Below, in pieces: positions 35,855 to 45,230 of a DNA stretch of 58,202 bases (position 1 is the first letter of the stretch; the number at the start of each line of letters is the position of its first letter). The notes under the pieces were generated by a model. That model did no database searches. It was not told where the DNA came from and saw only the letters and a list, made by a program, of their open reading frames with translations. A program made the translations under genes and the position numbers. The DNA is from a virus (lineage: Duplodnaviria; Caudoviricetes): positions 1 through 58,202 of the IMG/VR virus record IMGVR_UViG_3300023094_000011; one strand, written 5' to 3'.

Positions 35855-36980
35855 CCGACTCGGTAGTGAAGCGGGCTTTGATCTCCGCAAGTCGTGCTTC
35901 GATGCGTCCGATCCGCGTCACGAAAGCCTCCTTAACGAGTGGGTTGGTGTGGCGATGTTCGAGGATATACGGGACTTGGTTCTCAGTTATCCCTATAAGG
36001 CGCTCGATGGTGTCCAGGCTATGAGTCATGGACTGAGCATCATAAGTGGGCTCTTCTGGAAAATCCCATTGCAGCTTTTCGAGTTCCTCCTTATCGCGTC
36101 GGTCTGCTTCTAGTTCCCGCTCCGTCGATTCTAGTAAATCGTCGATGCTGGGCGGCGTGGATGGTTCAAACGAGCGGCGTGGTTCTTCAGGCGGCGGCGT
36201 GGGTTCCGGTTCTGGTTGCGCTGCTGGGCGCGGCAAAAGCATTTTGATAGCTCCGACACTGGCGCCGCTTTTGACAGCCTGAATCATCTCTTTGCGGACC
36301 GCTTTACTAGCTACGCCCTGAATAATTTCAACGTGAGTCAAAACGTCGTTGAACAGTTGGAACAATTCCACTAATTCAGGATCGTCTTTGATTTTCTTCC
36401 ACACTCGGTAACGGTCCCCTACCCAGGCGGCATTACCCTTTGCGAATTTTTTGAACTGGTTGTCTGCCAGGAATTTTTGAGACCGGCCAAATTCATCAAT
36501 ATAACGAGCGATAGAGCGACAAATCGCGGACAACGACATGAACTCATGTTCGATGTTCTGGGCGTTCTGAATGTCTAAAACCTTCTCTCGGTTTGTGACG
36601 TTTTTTACTTCAACATCAGCACGTTCCCATCCCAAATCCTTAATAGCCCAGTAGCGAATCTCCCCATCGATAAGCTGATGGTCCACACCGTTTCGCACTT
36701 CATCAGGGGTGCGCGCTGCCATTTCGTCAGGCCACAGCGGGCGCACCTTGAAGGGGTCAAGCTGCCCATCTTTAAGGATGCTTTCCTTCCGACTTTCAAT
36801 AGCATCTGGCGGGAAATAATCACGCGGCTGCTCGGCGTCGGGCCTGATGCGCGACATGAGCATGGATTGTGTCACACGCGGGGACGCGCCATTGATTGCC
36901 TGATCCGCCGCGTCCAACGCTGCCACGTTTCCAGGGCGATGCCCGCCACTATGACGCGGGCCGTAATTTGTCTGTGCCAT
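35838..36980 (-). CDS. parB: ParB-family partition protein
   Basis: IRPDAEQPRDYF, SILKDGQLDP, LIDGEIRYWA, QNIEH; directly downstream of parA. Confidence 0.85.
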   Translation of the reverse strand: MAQTNYGPRHSGGHRPGNVAALDAADQAINGASPRVTQSMLMSRIRPDAEQPRDYFPPDAIESRKESILKDGQLDPFKVRPLWPDEMAARTPDEVRNGVDHQLIDGEIRYWAIKDLGWERADVEVKNVTNREKVLDIQNAQNIEHEFMSLSAICRSIARYIDEFGRSQKFLADNQFKKFAKGNAAWVGDRYRVWKKIKDDPELVELFQLFNDVLTHVEIIQGVASKAVRKEMIQAVKSGASVGAIKMLLPRPAAQPEPEPTPPPEEPRRSFEPSTPPSIDDLLESTERELEADRRDKEELEKLQWDFPEEPTYDAQSMTHSLDTIERLIGITENQVPYILEHRHTNPLVKEAFVTRIGRIEARLAEIKARFTTESASPAK

Positions 36981-37585
36981 TATTTGCCTACCATCCGTTC
37001 GACTTCCTTACCCAGCGCCCGATATGCGACCGCGCCGGCTGATTTGGGCGCATTCAATACCACAGGGCGCCGCGCCGCAAAAGCCCGCTCGAAATCCATC
37101 GTACGCAGAGGTACACACGCCTCAGTTACACCCCACATCGACAAAACACGCGCCGCTGCTATAACCCCCGCGCTGTATGCAGAGCGATCAACGCGGGTGA
37201 AAGTAACAGCGGCGATCAGCGATGGGTTTTGCTGTCGAGCCAAATCGATAGTCTCGAAAGTGCGGGCCAAAGATTCCAGCGACGGGCCCAATGGTGTGCA
37301 AGGAATCAGCACAAGGTCACTGTGTAAAAAAGCTTTGCCCGTTGCCGTCACGATCTGCGGCGCCGTATCGACAACAACAAAATATCCCTGTGGTACGACG
37401 TTCGGCATCGCCGTTAAAAATTCCACACCTTCAATAGAACCCGCGTATTTCATCGCGTCGTGTTGTTGTGAATCCAGGTCCACGACGAAACCCTTCCTAC
37501 CCGTTTCTGCAAGCGCGGCAGCAAGGTTAACGGTTGTTGCTGTTTTGGTCTGCTCACCTTTTTGAGCGGCAACTATAATTCTCAT
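36980..37585 (-). CDS. parA: ParA-family partition ATPase (short form)
   Basis: QKGEQTKTAT (variant Walker A), VDLDSQ, VVVDTAP, SDLVLIP. Confidence 0.85.
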   Translation of the reverse strand: MRIIVAAQKGEQTKTATTVNLAAALAETGRKGFVVDLDSQQHDAMKYAGSIEGVEFLTAMPNVVPQGYFVVVDTAPQIVTATGKAFLHSDLVLIPCTPLGPSLESLARTFETIDLARQQNPSLIAAVTFTRVDRSAYSAGVIAAARVLSMWGVTEACVPLRTMDFERAFAARRPVVLNAPKSAGAVAYRALGKEVERMVGK

Positions 37586-37669
37586 GGGTTAGGGGTTACC
37601 GCTTGTGCGGTTAAGGGAATGCCCGCGTTGTTTTTTAAAAATTAACGCGTTTTTAACACTATTTGCACT

Positions 37670-38269
37670 TTAATGCGCGCGAATGACTCCGCGTTTAACG
37701 CCGCAGATGCGAAGATCATGACCTGGCTTCGACGTGTCAATCTCGATTACCTGGTGCTTTTCGTTCATTGGAATGAGCTTCACAATAGGTGAGTCGTGGC
37801 TATAAGTTACTTTCTTAAGTGTCGCCGTAGTGCCCATTGGTCCATCCACAAGGACAACTGCGATTTCGCCGCTGTCGCAGCGTGACTGTTGGCGCACTAG
37901 AACCAAATCGCCGTCGAGGATGCCGTCTCCAATCATGCTGTCGCCGGTTGCACGCAAGAGAAAATCCCCCTCTCTGATGGTGTACAAATCCCCCACATTA
38001 ATGTGGGCTTCAACTTTACCCTCGCCAACTTCTGAAAGGGGACCGCAAGGCACCTCGCCAAAAAGAGGCACAGACTTTGTCTCCCGGCGAATCGCCCGTG
38101 CAACCACATCGTTCTCGGAATTCCCCTCGCGGTCCGCGATAGTCGCCAAGAGTTCTGCAATGCTGGGGGTAACCAGAAAGTTTTTGCGCGAAGTCTTAGT
38201 TTCTTTACGCGCCTTCGAATTTGTGTTGTCTGCCATAAAAGTGGCACGGCTGACGGGTGTTGTGTTCAT
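37670..38269 (-). CDS. CI-like repressor: RHH-like N-terminus plus S24 autopeptidase
   Basis: VPLFGEVPCG cleavage site, GDSM (Ser), TLKK (Lys); N-terminal RKNFLVTPSIAELL...SENDVVARAI. Confidence 0.85.
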   Translation of the reverse strand: MNTTPVSRATFMADNTNSKARKETKTSRKNFLVTPSIAELLATIADREGNSENDVVARAIRRETKSVPLFGEVPCGPLSEVGEGKVEAHINVGDLYTIREGDFLLRATGDSMIGDGILDGDLVLVRQQSRCDSGEIAVVLVDGPMGTTATLKKVTYSHDSPIVKLIPMNEKHQVIEIDTSKPGHDLRICGVKRGVIRAH

Positions 38270-38299
38270 TTGTACGCCTCAGTAGACGGGCTTGTGTCT

Positions 38300-38382
38300 A
38301 TTGTAGCGTATAACCCTGCGTGTCCACAAGAGTAAGAGTCAAAATTATTTGTGTGGACAAGACAGAGGGTTATGGTTATAAT
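38300..38382. promoter_or_regulatory. Divergent promoters/operators of the lysis-lysogeny switch
   Basis: Rightward TGGACA-17 bp-TATAAT (38354-38382); inverted ATAACCCT..TGTCCACA / TGTGGACA..AGGGTTAT; leftward TACAAT. Confidence 0.7.
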
Positions 38383-38455
38383 TTTCATAGAGCGATGTAT
38401 AATCCGATGTATAAAAATGAGTCGGAAAATACGTTGCCTTTAAAGGGAGGTTTTA

Positions 38456-38632
38456 ATGGCAGAGAAACTTCAAAAGGCGCGAGACCTTGCCCCATTGTTC
38501 GGGATTAAGCCCGACACGATTTACAAGTGGCGAAGACGCGGAAAGCTGCGAGGCTACACCGTAGATGACTCAAGACTTTTGAGATTCAAAGAATCTGAAG
38601 TGCGCAAGTGCTTCGAGACCGCAAAAAATTAA
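38456..38632 (+). CDS. Cro/Xis-like HTH protein (58 aa, not in the ORF track)
   Basis: MAEKLQKARDLAPLFGIKPDTIYKWRRRGKL...LRFKESEV; RBS GGGAGG. Confidence 0.85.
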   Translation: MAEKLQKARDLAPLFGIKPDTIYKWRRRGKLRGYTVDDSRLLRFKESEVRKCFETAKN

Positions 38633-38633
38633 A

Positions 38634-38660
38634 GCCCGTCGATCTAGAGAATCGACGGGC
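38634..38660. terminator. Hairpin after the cro-like gene
   Basis: GCCCGTCGAT-N7-ATCGACGGGC; T-tail only on the minus strand. Confidence 0.5.
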
Positions 38661-38727
38661 CAGTTGGGAAACAAAACTCAACTGAGATTTTACCGCCTTA
38701 GCTTTGCAGAGGCAAAAGAGAAACAAA

Positions 38728-39552
38728 ATGAAGCCTTTCTCCCCTGGTGCCTACATCGCACCACCCCCTACTCTCCAACTACTCACCTTCACGCTCCATC
38801 AAATGACCGTCGCAGTACCCAGCACTTTCACTTGCCTCAAGTGCCAAGTGGCAAAACCATGGGCTAACTTTGGGAAAGACCCTCAAAAGAAAACAGGTCA
38901 CCGGCCTTATTGCAAGGAATGTGTAAGTGCCAGCCAAAAGACACCAGAGGCAAAGGCAAAGCGAAATGCGAAATTAAGGCAAAAGACGATAGATCGTCAA
39001 AATGCTACGCCGAAGCTGCTTGACAAAACTGAATTAATGATTGGATTGACCTTTGGCCGTTTAACGGTGTTGTCGCGTGGGGAGCCAGTAAAGAATTGCA
39101 GGACAACCGTTGTGTGCCGCTGCCTTTGCGGGAAAGAAATTACCCGCCCGGCTTCTGTCGTTCGTCTAGGTCGCACCGTTTCGTGTGGGTGCTATCGAAA
39201 TGAGAAAAGAGAAATGGCAAGAATAAAACGTGCCTCAAAAAAGAAGCGTTTCCTGCATGGGCACAATCGAAATGCTCCAACGCCTACATACATGTCCTGG
39301 AATGCCATGCGTACTCGTTGCGTGAACCCGAGCCACGTTGCATATAAGCACTACGGCGGACGGGGAATCACCGTCTGCGAACGATGGAATGACTTCTCAT
39401 TGTTCTTGGCAGACATGGGAGAGCGTCCTGAAAATACTTCCATTGACCGTATCGATGTGAACGGCAATTACGAGCCGGGTAATTGCCGTTGGGCTGACGC
39501 CAAAACGCAAGCAAGGAACAAGCGTAAGTCACAGGCAGGAGGGTCAAGATGA
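38728..39552 (+). CDS. HNH-type homing-endonuclease-like protein with Zn fingers
   Basis: SWNAMRTRC, YGGRGITVCERW, SIDRIDVNGNYEPGNCRWA. Confidence 0.85.
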   Translation: MKPFSPGAYIAPPPTLQLLTFTLHQMTVAVPSTFTCLKCQVAKPWANFGKDPQKKTGHRPYCKECVSASQKTPEAKAKRNAKLRQKTIDRQNATPKLLDKTELMIGLTFGRLTVLSRGEPVKNCRTTVVCRCLCGKEITRPASVVRLGRTVSCGCYRNEKREMARIKRASKKKRFLHGHNRNAPTPTYMSWNAMRTRCVNPSHVAYKHYGGRGITVCERWNDFSLFLADMGERPENTSIDRIDVNGNYEPGNCRWADAKTQARNKRKSQAGGSR

Positions 39553-40196
39553 ACAAATCGCCCGAACTCAAATGTTTTTGCCTTTGCAAAATAGAGGTGT
39601 CTATTCCTTCTGCGACACGTGATCGCTCTTATCGAGTGGTCTTTGCTGGCGTAGAAAAACCCCGTTGCCAGTGTGAAAGCTTTCATGCGAGAGGTATTTG
39701 TCGTCATCAAAATGAAGCAAGTGATTTCCTCTTCTCGGAAGCTGGCCTTTGGGAATCGCTGGAATTGCTGACGCCTCAATTGACAGCCCTTGAAAACGCT
39801 GTGCCTGACTCAGTGGATTTTTACCGCCTTCGCGCTTTGGAAGCACTCCATGACGAAATCGCCGGTCGCTTTGGCGAGGTCGAGTTCGGCACTTCGGCCC
39901 CAACGGTAAATTGCCCCTGCGGAAACAGCTTTGCCGGAACTGGGGACACGGTTTGTCATCGCTGCAAAATCACAGTGCGCGAAGCATGGAACACGTTTAA
40001 GGCGTCTCCGGTCGAGCAGGGCGAATATGACGACAGCGACCCGTTTGCCGATGATTCCGACACGAATTTCAATGGGCTATCCCCCTCCGCTGCTGCTGCT
40101 GCTGCTATGATGCAGCAACCGATCAAGCCTCAATCTTATTACGCGTCGTTTTTGTCGGCTTCTCTGGTGATGGAATCGGGGAGGGTGGCAGCATGA
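39549..40196 (+). CDS. SWIM zinc-finger protein
   Basis: CQCESFHARGICRH. Confidence 0.75.
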   Translation: MNKSPELKCFCLCKIEVSIPSATRDRSYRVVFAGVEKPRCQCESFHARGICRHQNEASDFLFSEAGLWESLELLTPQLTALENAVPDSVDFYRLRALEALHDEIAGRFGEVEFGTSAPTVNCPCGNSFAGTGDTVCHRCKITVREAWNTFKASPVEQGEYDDSDPFADDSDTNFNGLSPSAAAAAAMMQQPIKPQSYYASFLSASLVMESGRVAA

Positions 40197-40531
40197 GCAG
40201 CTTTCCAAAATGCTCAAATTGTGGCGGTTTGATTATCGGGCACATCTGGCCCAACCGTTCATGCTATGATTGCCACGAACTCGAAACCGAAGATGGTGAG
40301 GTGACCAACCACGAGCGCATCCGTTGCCCAAAATGCGGGCATCAGGAAGATGTTTTTGAGTCGGAAAAATACCATCTAGCGAAAGAGGACGGCGGCGAAA
40401 CGAGTTGCGGTGAATGCGGACACGATTATTTTGTCAACTGCTACATCACTTACACCTTCACCAGCCCTGAACGTATCCAAGACGTGCCCGCCGCTTCCGG
40501 CAAAGGAGAACCCTGCGATGCAAGGCGTTAA
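40193..40531 (+). CDS. Multi-CxxC zinc-finger protein
   Basis: Four CxxC pairs; ATGA coupling. Confidence 0.7.
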   Translation: MSSFPKCSNCGGLIIGHIWPNRSCYDCHELETEDGEVTNHERIRCPKCGHQEDVFESEKYHLAKEDGGETSCGECGHDYFVNCYITYTFTSPERIQDVPAASGKGEPCDARR

Positions 40532-40691
40532 CACCCAACCCCGCCAACTCACGCGGGACCGCGAACTTCCTGCCTTCCATCGCTGCGACGTTTGCCGCGC
40601 ACGGATGATTCAGGATGGGCCGCTGTTGTCCTGTGTGGCCTGTTTCGAGACGCGGTATTTCACACCAGTTCAACCCCACGAAAACGAGTAA
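40518..40691 (+). CDS. Small zinc-ribbon protein
   Basis: RBS AAGGAG; CDVC...CVAC. Confidence 0.5.
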   Translation: MQGVNTQPRQLTRDRELPAFHRCDVCRARMIQDGPLLSCVACFETRYFTPVQPHENE

Positions 40692-40696
40692 TTCAA

Positions 40697-41236
40697 ATGA
40701 CCCTTTACGAAATATCCAACAAGCGCCGCGCCGACTTTGACCGCGTGCATGAGCTGCTAGAAGAGTTGCAGGGCGATGTGACTGATCCCGAAGTTGGCGC
40801 CCTTATCGACGAGCTTTTGACGGGCACCGATGATGATTTGAAATCGAAGGTTGACGACTACTGCGCCCTCATCAAAGAAGAGGAAGCCACCGCACAAGCA
40901 CGACTCACGGAAGCGGCACGACTCACTTTTCTGGCACAAACCAACAGCAATCTCGTGGTTCGACTCAAAGAGCGTTTGAAGATGTTCTTTGAAGATCACG
41001 ACATTCAGAAGATCGAAACGCCGCGCTTTAAGCTGAGCATCGCCAACAATGGCGGCAAAGTTCGGTTGATTGTGCCCGACGACCTCGACGTTAACCAGTT
41101 GCCGGAGCAGTTCCAAAAACTGATCCCCGCCGTTGTGACAGTCGATAATGAGGCTATTCGTCAGGCACTTGAGTCGGGCGAAACGGTAGACGGCTTTGCG
41201 CTAGCACCGCGCGGAACACGTCTCGCCATTAAATAG
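40697..41236 (+). CDS. Siphovirus Gp157-family protein
   Basis: MTLYEI, KIETPRFKLSIANNGGK, VDNEAIRQALESG. Confidence 0.85.
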   Translation: MTLYEISNKRRADFDRVHELLEELQGDVTDPEVGALIDELLTGTDDDLKSKVDDYCALIKEEEATAQARLTEAARLTFLAQTNSNLVVRLKERLKMFFEDHDIQKIETPRFKLSIANNGGKVRLIVPDDLDVNQLPEQFQKLIPAVVTVDNEAIRQALESGETVDGFALAPRGTRLAIK

Positions 41237-41286
41237 CCTCTAACCGGGGCACTGAGCAGCGTTAAGACGCTGTGTGGAGAAACCAA

Positions 41287-42069
41287 ATGAATATCGAAGT
41301 CAAAGAAATCACGCCAGAACTGGCAACCGAAATGATGAAGATGAATACAGGCAATCGCCCGATTCGTCAGAGCCGCGTTACCGAACTGGCACGCATTATG
41401 AAGGCTGGTGAGTGGCGCTTGAACGGCGAAGCTATCAAGCAGAACGGCTCCCGCCTGTTGGACGGTCAGCACCGCTTGCTGGGCGTAATCGAATCCGGCG
41501 TTACGATTCAATCACTCGTCGTCTCCGATTTGCCGACTGATGTTTTCGGCACTTTGGACGGTGGCACCGCGCGGAATCATGCTGACTTTCTGGCTGTGCT
41601 GGGCGAGAAAAGCTGCAACGTCCTCGCGGCTGGACTTCGCCTTGTGAATATGTACGAAACGGGGCGTATGCGCCGCCGCGTGGTCTATTCAAATACGGAA
41701 ATGGGGGGGCTAGTCAAGCAACACCCCGATATCCGCCAGAGCGTTTTATTCTGTGATTCCCGCCGTCGTCTGGGCAACGTCACCACGTTTGTGGCGTGCC
41801 ACTATCTCTTCGCACAGAAGGACCGCGCCGCCGCTGACGCTTTCATTAACCAGCTCGTTACGGGAACCGATTTGCCCGCCAACGATGCCGTCTATTTGCT
41901 CCGTGAGCGGATTTTGGCAGACCGTCTCGCTAAAGAAAAGCTGTCGAAGGTTTACGTTATGGCGCTCGTTATCAAGGCGTGGAATTTCCGGCGCCAGGGC
42001 AAGAGCATTAAAACCCTTCAATTCCGCGAGACAGGCGACACGCCCGAATCGTTCCCGGTTGTTATTTAG
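41287..42069 (+). CDS. ParB/Srx-like domain protein
   Basis: NRPIR, GEWRLNGEAI, LLDGQHRL. Confidence 0.75.
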   Translation: MNIEVKEITPELATEMMKMNTGNRPIRQSRVTELARIMKAGEWRLNGEAIKQNGSRLLDGQHRLLGVIESGVTIQSLVVSDLPTDVFGTLDGGTARNHADFLAVLGEKSCNVLAAGLRLVNMYETGRMRRRVVYSNTEMGGLVKQHPDIRQSVLFCDSRRRLGNVTTFVACHYLFAQKDRAAADAFINQLVTGTDLPANDAVYLLRERILADRLAKEKLSKVYVMALVIKAWNFRRQGKSIKTLQFRETGDTPESFPVVI

Positions 42070-42076
42070 GAGCGCC

Positions 42077-42385
42077 ATGACCTACCAAACCCTCTATCTG
42101 GCCTCACTGCTCACCTTAGCCCTCTGTGGCATCAATCCGCCCCAAAGCGTACGCAGTGCCGCCGATACCGCCTCTTGTGCTGTCATTGTCGGCTATGCAG
42201 CCCTGTGCGATTATCTGAAATGGTTAGCGGCGATAACCGGCGCGTTGGTGTTATTGGCGGTTGCGCTGTTCGTGGATCGGATCACGGCAACCGTCTGCTT
42301 GAACGAAGTCGAATATTACCGACCTAACGAAATGGCGGACGAGCAGCAATATGTGCCCGCTGAAAAGGTGGCTAAGGCGGCTTAG
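42077..42385 (+). CDS. Membrane protein
   Basis: RBS AGGAG; hydrophobic helices. Confidence 0.6.
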   Translation: MTYQTLYLASLLTLALCGINPPQSVRSAADTASCAVIVGYAALCDYLKWLAAITGALVLLAVALFVDRITATVCLNEVEYYRPNEMADEQQYVPAEKVAKAA

Positions 42386-42409
42386 TCGAATCCCTGAAAG
42401 GAATAGATC

Positions 42410-43465
42410 ATGTCTCAAACTCAAATCGAAAAGTACGCAGCGCCGCAAGCTCAAATATCACTTGCGGACGTTGATAAATTCGCCCGCGCCTTCTACGAAA
42501 GCGGGTATTTCACCGACCTGAAAAGCCACGCACAGGCGACGGTCAAAGTTTTGGCGGGCCGCGAGATGGGCATCGAACCTTTTGCGGCAATGGCTGGAAT
42601 CCACATCATCAAGGGCAAGCCCAGTGTTGGCGCTGGTCTCATGGCACAAAAGGTCAAAGAGTCCGGCAAGTACGATTATCGCATTCGCCAGCATGATGCA
42701 ACGATTTGCGAGATCGAGTTTTTTCAGCGCGGCGAATCGCTCGGCTTCTCCAAATTCACCATCGATCAGGCAACGCGGGCCGGAGTTCAAAACCTCGATA
42801 AGTGGGCAGAAAACATGCTCTTCGCTCGTGCCATGAGCAACGGTGTGAAGTGGTATACGCCCGACGTTTTTACCTGCTCCGTCTATACGCCCGAAGAAAT
42901 GGGCGCCGTGGTCAATGAGGAAGGAGAACCCGTCGCGCTTCCTGCTGTTGCAGCTTACGACCCGATGAATCATTTCAGCGCCCAGGACAAGGACAACGCC
43001 GAATTATTCCAGGCCGTAGCCGAAGACGCCGCCGAAAGTTTCCCCGACATCAACTTGACGGCATCAACCGAAGATTTGCGCGCCGTGCTGCAAGATTTAA
43101 AGGATCGCCAGATCAAGCACCCCCAGAAAAAGGCTCTGGTAGAAGAACTGACGCGCCGGGCCAAAGAACTGAAGGCCGCTGAAGCGCAAGCCGAAGCCAC
43201 CGTGCCCGAAGTTGTTGAAGGCGCCTCCGCTGACCGCTGGAACGCCATTGATTCAAAAGCCCAGCAGTTCCCCGCTTACGTCAAATTCTTGGACGCTTGC
43301 GGTGCGCGCGGTCTGCATTTCGCGCAAGATTCTGACATTTTGGCCTTCGAAAACGCAGCCACTGACAAAACGGGATTTGCTATCGCCGCCGATGATTTGG
43401 TCGAAACCGATTGGTCAGAATGGGCGGGCATGGTCGCAAACAATGAACTGAGGTGGGACGGATGA
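42410..43465 (+). CDS. RecT/Red-beta-like single-strand annealing protein
   Basis: VKVLAGREMGIEPFAAMAGIHIIKGKP, ENMLFARAMS, YTPEEM; near gp157. Confidence 0.7.
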   Translation: MSQTQIEKYAAPQAQISLADVDKFARAFYESGYFTDLKSHAQATVKVLAGREMGIEPFAAMAGIHIIKGKPSVGAGLMAQKVKESGKYDYRIRQHDATICEIEFFQRGESLGFSKFTIDQATRAGVQNLDKWAENMLFARAMSNGVKWYTPDVFTCSVYTPEEMGAVVNEEGEPVALPAVAAYDPMNHFSAQDKDNAELFQAVAEDAAESFPDINLTASTEDLRAVLQDLKDRQIKHPQKKALVEELTRRAKELKAAEAQAEATVPEVVEGASADRWNAIDSKAQQFPAYVKFLDACGARGLHFAQDSDILAFENAATDKTGFAIAADDLVETDWSEWAGMVANNELRWDG

Positions 43466-44124
43466 GCAGCGCCAAAGCCATCCACGATGACCCGTCAATA
43501 GCGCGCGAAGCGCAGCGAATCCGCGCCGCAAAAGCGACACAGGCCCGCCAGTTCGAATCATGGGACGCGCTCCTAAAAACGCCCGCGTTTCAGGATTACA
43601 CGGCGCATCGCGGCCTTGAAATCCGCAACGTGTTGGAAGGCTTGCCCTACGCGCCAGAAGCGGAAATGTCGTGCCTGGGTGCTATGATGCTTTCGGGCCG
43701 CGCCTGTCGCCTTGCACTCTCGGAGCTGCGCCCGCCCTGTTTCGGCTTTTCCTTTAATCGCGTGATTCTGACCGCTTGCGCTGTCATTAATCAGCGGGCG
43801 TGCCGGGGAGAAAGAATCAAGGTGGATTTCCCCACCGTTGCTTCTCAGATACGGCGTGGCAAAGAGTATCAGGAAGGGATTTTAGACCACGCGAAGGAGT
43901 GCATCGAAGCGTGCCCTTCGGCGGTCAATGTGCGTGCTTATATCCGCGAAATTCAGGAATGCTCACGGCTTCGGCACCAGATCGAACTCAGCGAAATCAT
44001 GCGAAGCGCGGCGTTTGGCGGTGCCCATCCTGGTCAGATAATCAACGCGACCCGCAAGGCGCTGGATACCATCGAGCAACGCAGCTACTGCGATTTGAAA
44101 GACGTTTTTGAAAGCTGCAAATAA
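43462..44124 (+). CDS. Protein with DnaB helicase N-terminal domain only
   Basis: PYAPEAEMSCLGAMML...PSAVNVRAYIREI...RLR; no Walker motifs. Confidence 0.7.
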   Translation: MSSAKAIHDDPSIAREAQRIRAAKATQARQFESWDALLKTPAFQDYTAHRGLEIRNVLEGLPYAPEAEMSCLGAMMLSGRACRLALSELRPPCFGFSFNRVILTACAVINQRACRGERIKVDFPTVASQIRRGKEYQEGILDHAKECIEACPSAVNVRAYIREIQECSRLRHQIELSEIMRSAAFGGAHPGQIINATRKALDTIEQRSYCDLKDVFESCK

Positions 44125-44129
44125 ATATC

Positions 44130-45230
44130 ATGTCCACAATTACTCCTAAATATTTCGACTACAACTCTCTACCAGACCGCGACACGCGCGCTTTTCTGCG
44201 CAAGCAAGCAGCCTCCGGTAAAGAGATTTTAAAGCGCACCCTCCAGGGCGTTTGGGAAATGGGCGCCCTGCTCGTGGCGGTGCGCGAAAAGATTCCCTAC
44301 GGCCAATTCAGCGAATGGATTGAAGTCGAATTTGGAATGTCGCGGCGCTCGGCATATCGGTTTATTGGCGTGTTTGAAGCCGTCCCCGATTTGCCCCAGT
44401 TGTGCCAAAATGGCACAACTGACGTTTCCGCAGGGGCCATTTATCGGCTTCTGGAAGCCGATATTGACGAAGAAGCCCGCGAAGTTGGTATTTCACTTAT
44501 TGCCTCTGGAGACCTAAAAACAAGAGCCGATGCCAATGCGTTTGCGGAAGCCGCGAAGCCACCAAAACCCGCCGAGACTGCGCCCGAAATTGAACCCGAT
44601 ACCGACGACGATTTCGACGACACCGACCCTTTTGCGGAGATGGATTTGGAGACGCCCGACGCCTCGACACCCGGCGAAAGCATCGAAGAAGAATTGCCGA
44701 TCAGCGAAGGCGAGGCATCGCAGTATTTCGATGAAGACGACGAGCCCGAAGAAGAGGAAGCGGCGCCGGTTGTGGCTACACCTGCGCCAGTCAAAAGCGC
44801 AAAGCCCGACACTTTGAAGCAGAGAGTGAAGGACGCCGAAGTCTTGCACGACACGCTCGACAGTAACCCTATCGAAGCGGAAATGAGCGACGATGACTGG
44901 CTGGAAAGCCTGCCGATTTTCCGAGTCCTCAAACAAAAACAGCATCGCGGAATTTTCGTGAAGCGCGACCTTCTTGCGATACGCACTTTGCTCGTTGCCC
45001 TCAATGCGTTTGAACATCACGCCCGCCGCGCCTTCGACTTCAAGAACCCCACTGGCACACCGGCCGAAACCCGCGTCGTAGCCGCTGCCGCCATGCCTCG
45101 CCCTCTTGACTGGCAACTCTGTGCGCCTTGCCGGGGCAACGGCTGCGGGCGCTGCGCTCATGCCGGATATGACCTGACTGGCGCCGGAATTTCGCCCCTG
45201 CGCGTCGAATCGGGAGAAGTAACGTTATGA
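44130..45230 (+). CDS. DUF3102-like protein with acidic linker and C-terminal CxxC motifs
   Basis: EMGALLVAVREKIPYGQFSEWIEVEFGMSRRSAYRFI. Confidence 0.75.
   Translation: MSTITPKYFDYNSLPDRDTRAFLRKQAASGKEILKRTLQGVWEMGALLVAVREKIPYGQFSEWIEVEFGMSRRSAYRFIGVFEAVPDLPQLCQNGTTDVSAGAIYRLLEADIDEEAREVGISLIASGDLKTRADANAFAEAAKPPKPAETAPEIEPDTDDDFDDTDPFAEMDLETPDASTPGESIEEELPISEGEASQYFDEDDEPEEEEAAPVVATPAPVKSAKPDTLKQRVKDAEVLHDTLDSNPIEAEMSDDDWLESLPIFRVLKQKQHRGIFVKRDLLAIRTLLVALNAFEHHARRAFDFKNPTGTPAETRVVAAAAMPRPLDWQLCAPCRGNGCGRCAHAGYDLTGAGISPLRVESGEVTL

Noticed and set aside
36678-37565. 295-aa plus-strand ORF
   Set aside because: Antisense shadow of parA/parB with no recognisable motifs
37590-37700. TAAC(C)GCG-like motifs near the parA and rep starts as parS or iterons
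   Set aside because: Short, degenerate and irregularly spaced; cannot be separated from chance by eye
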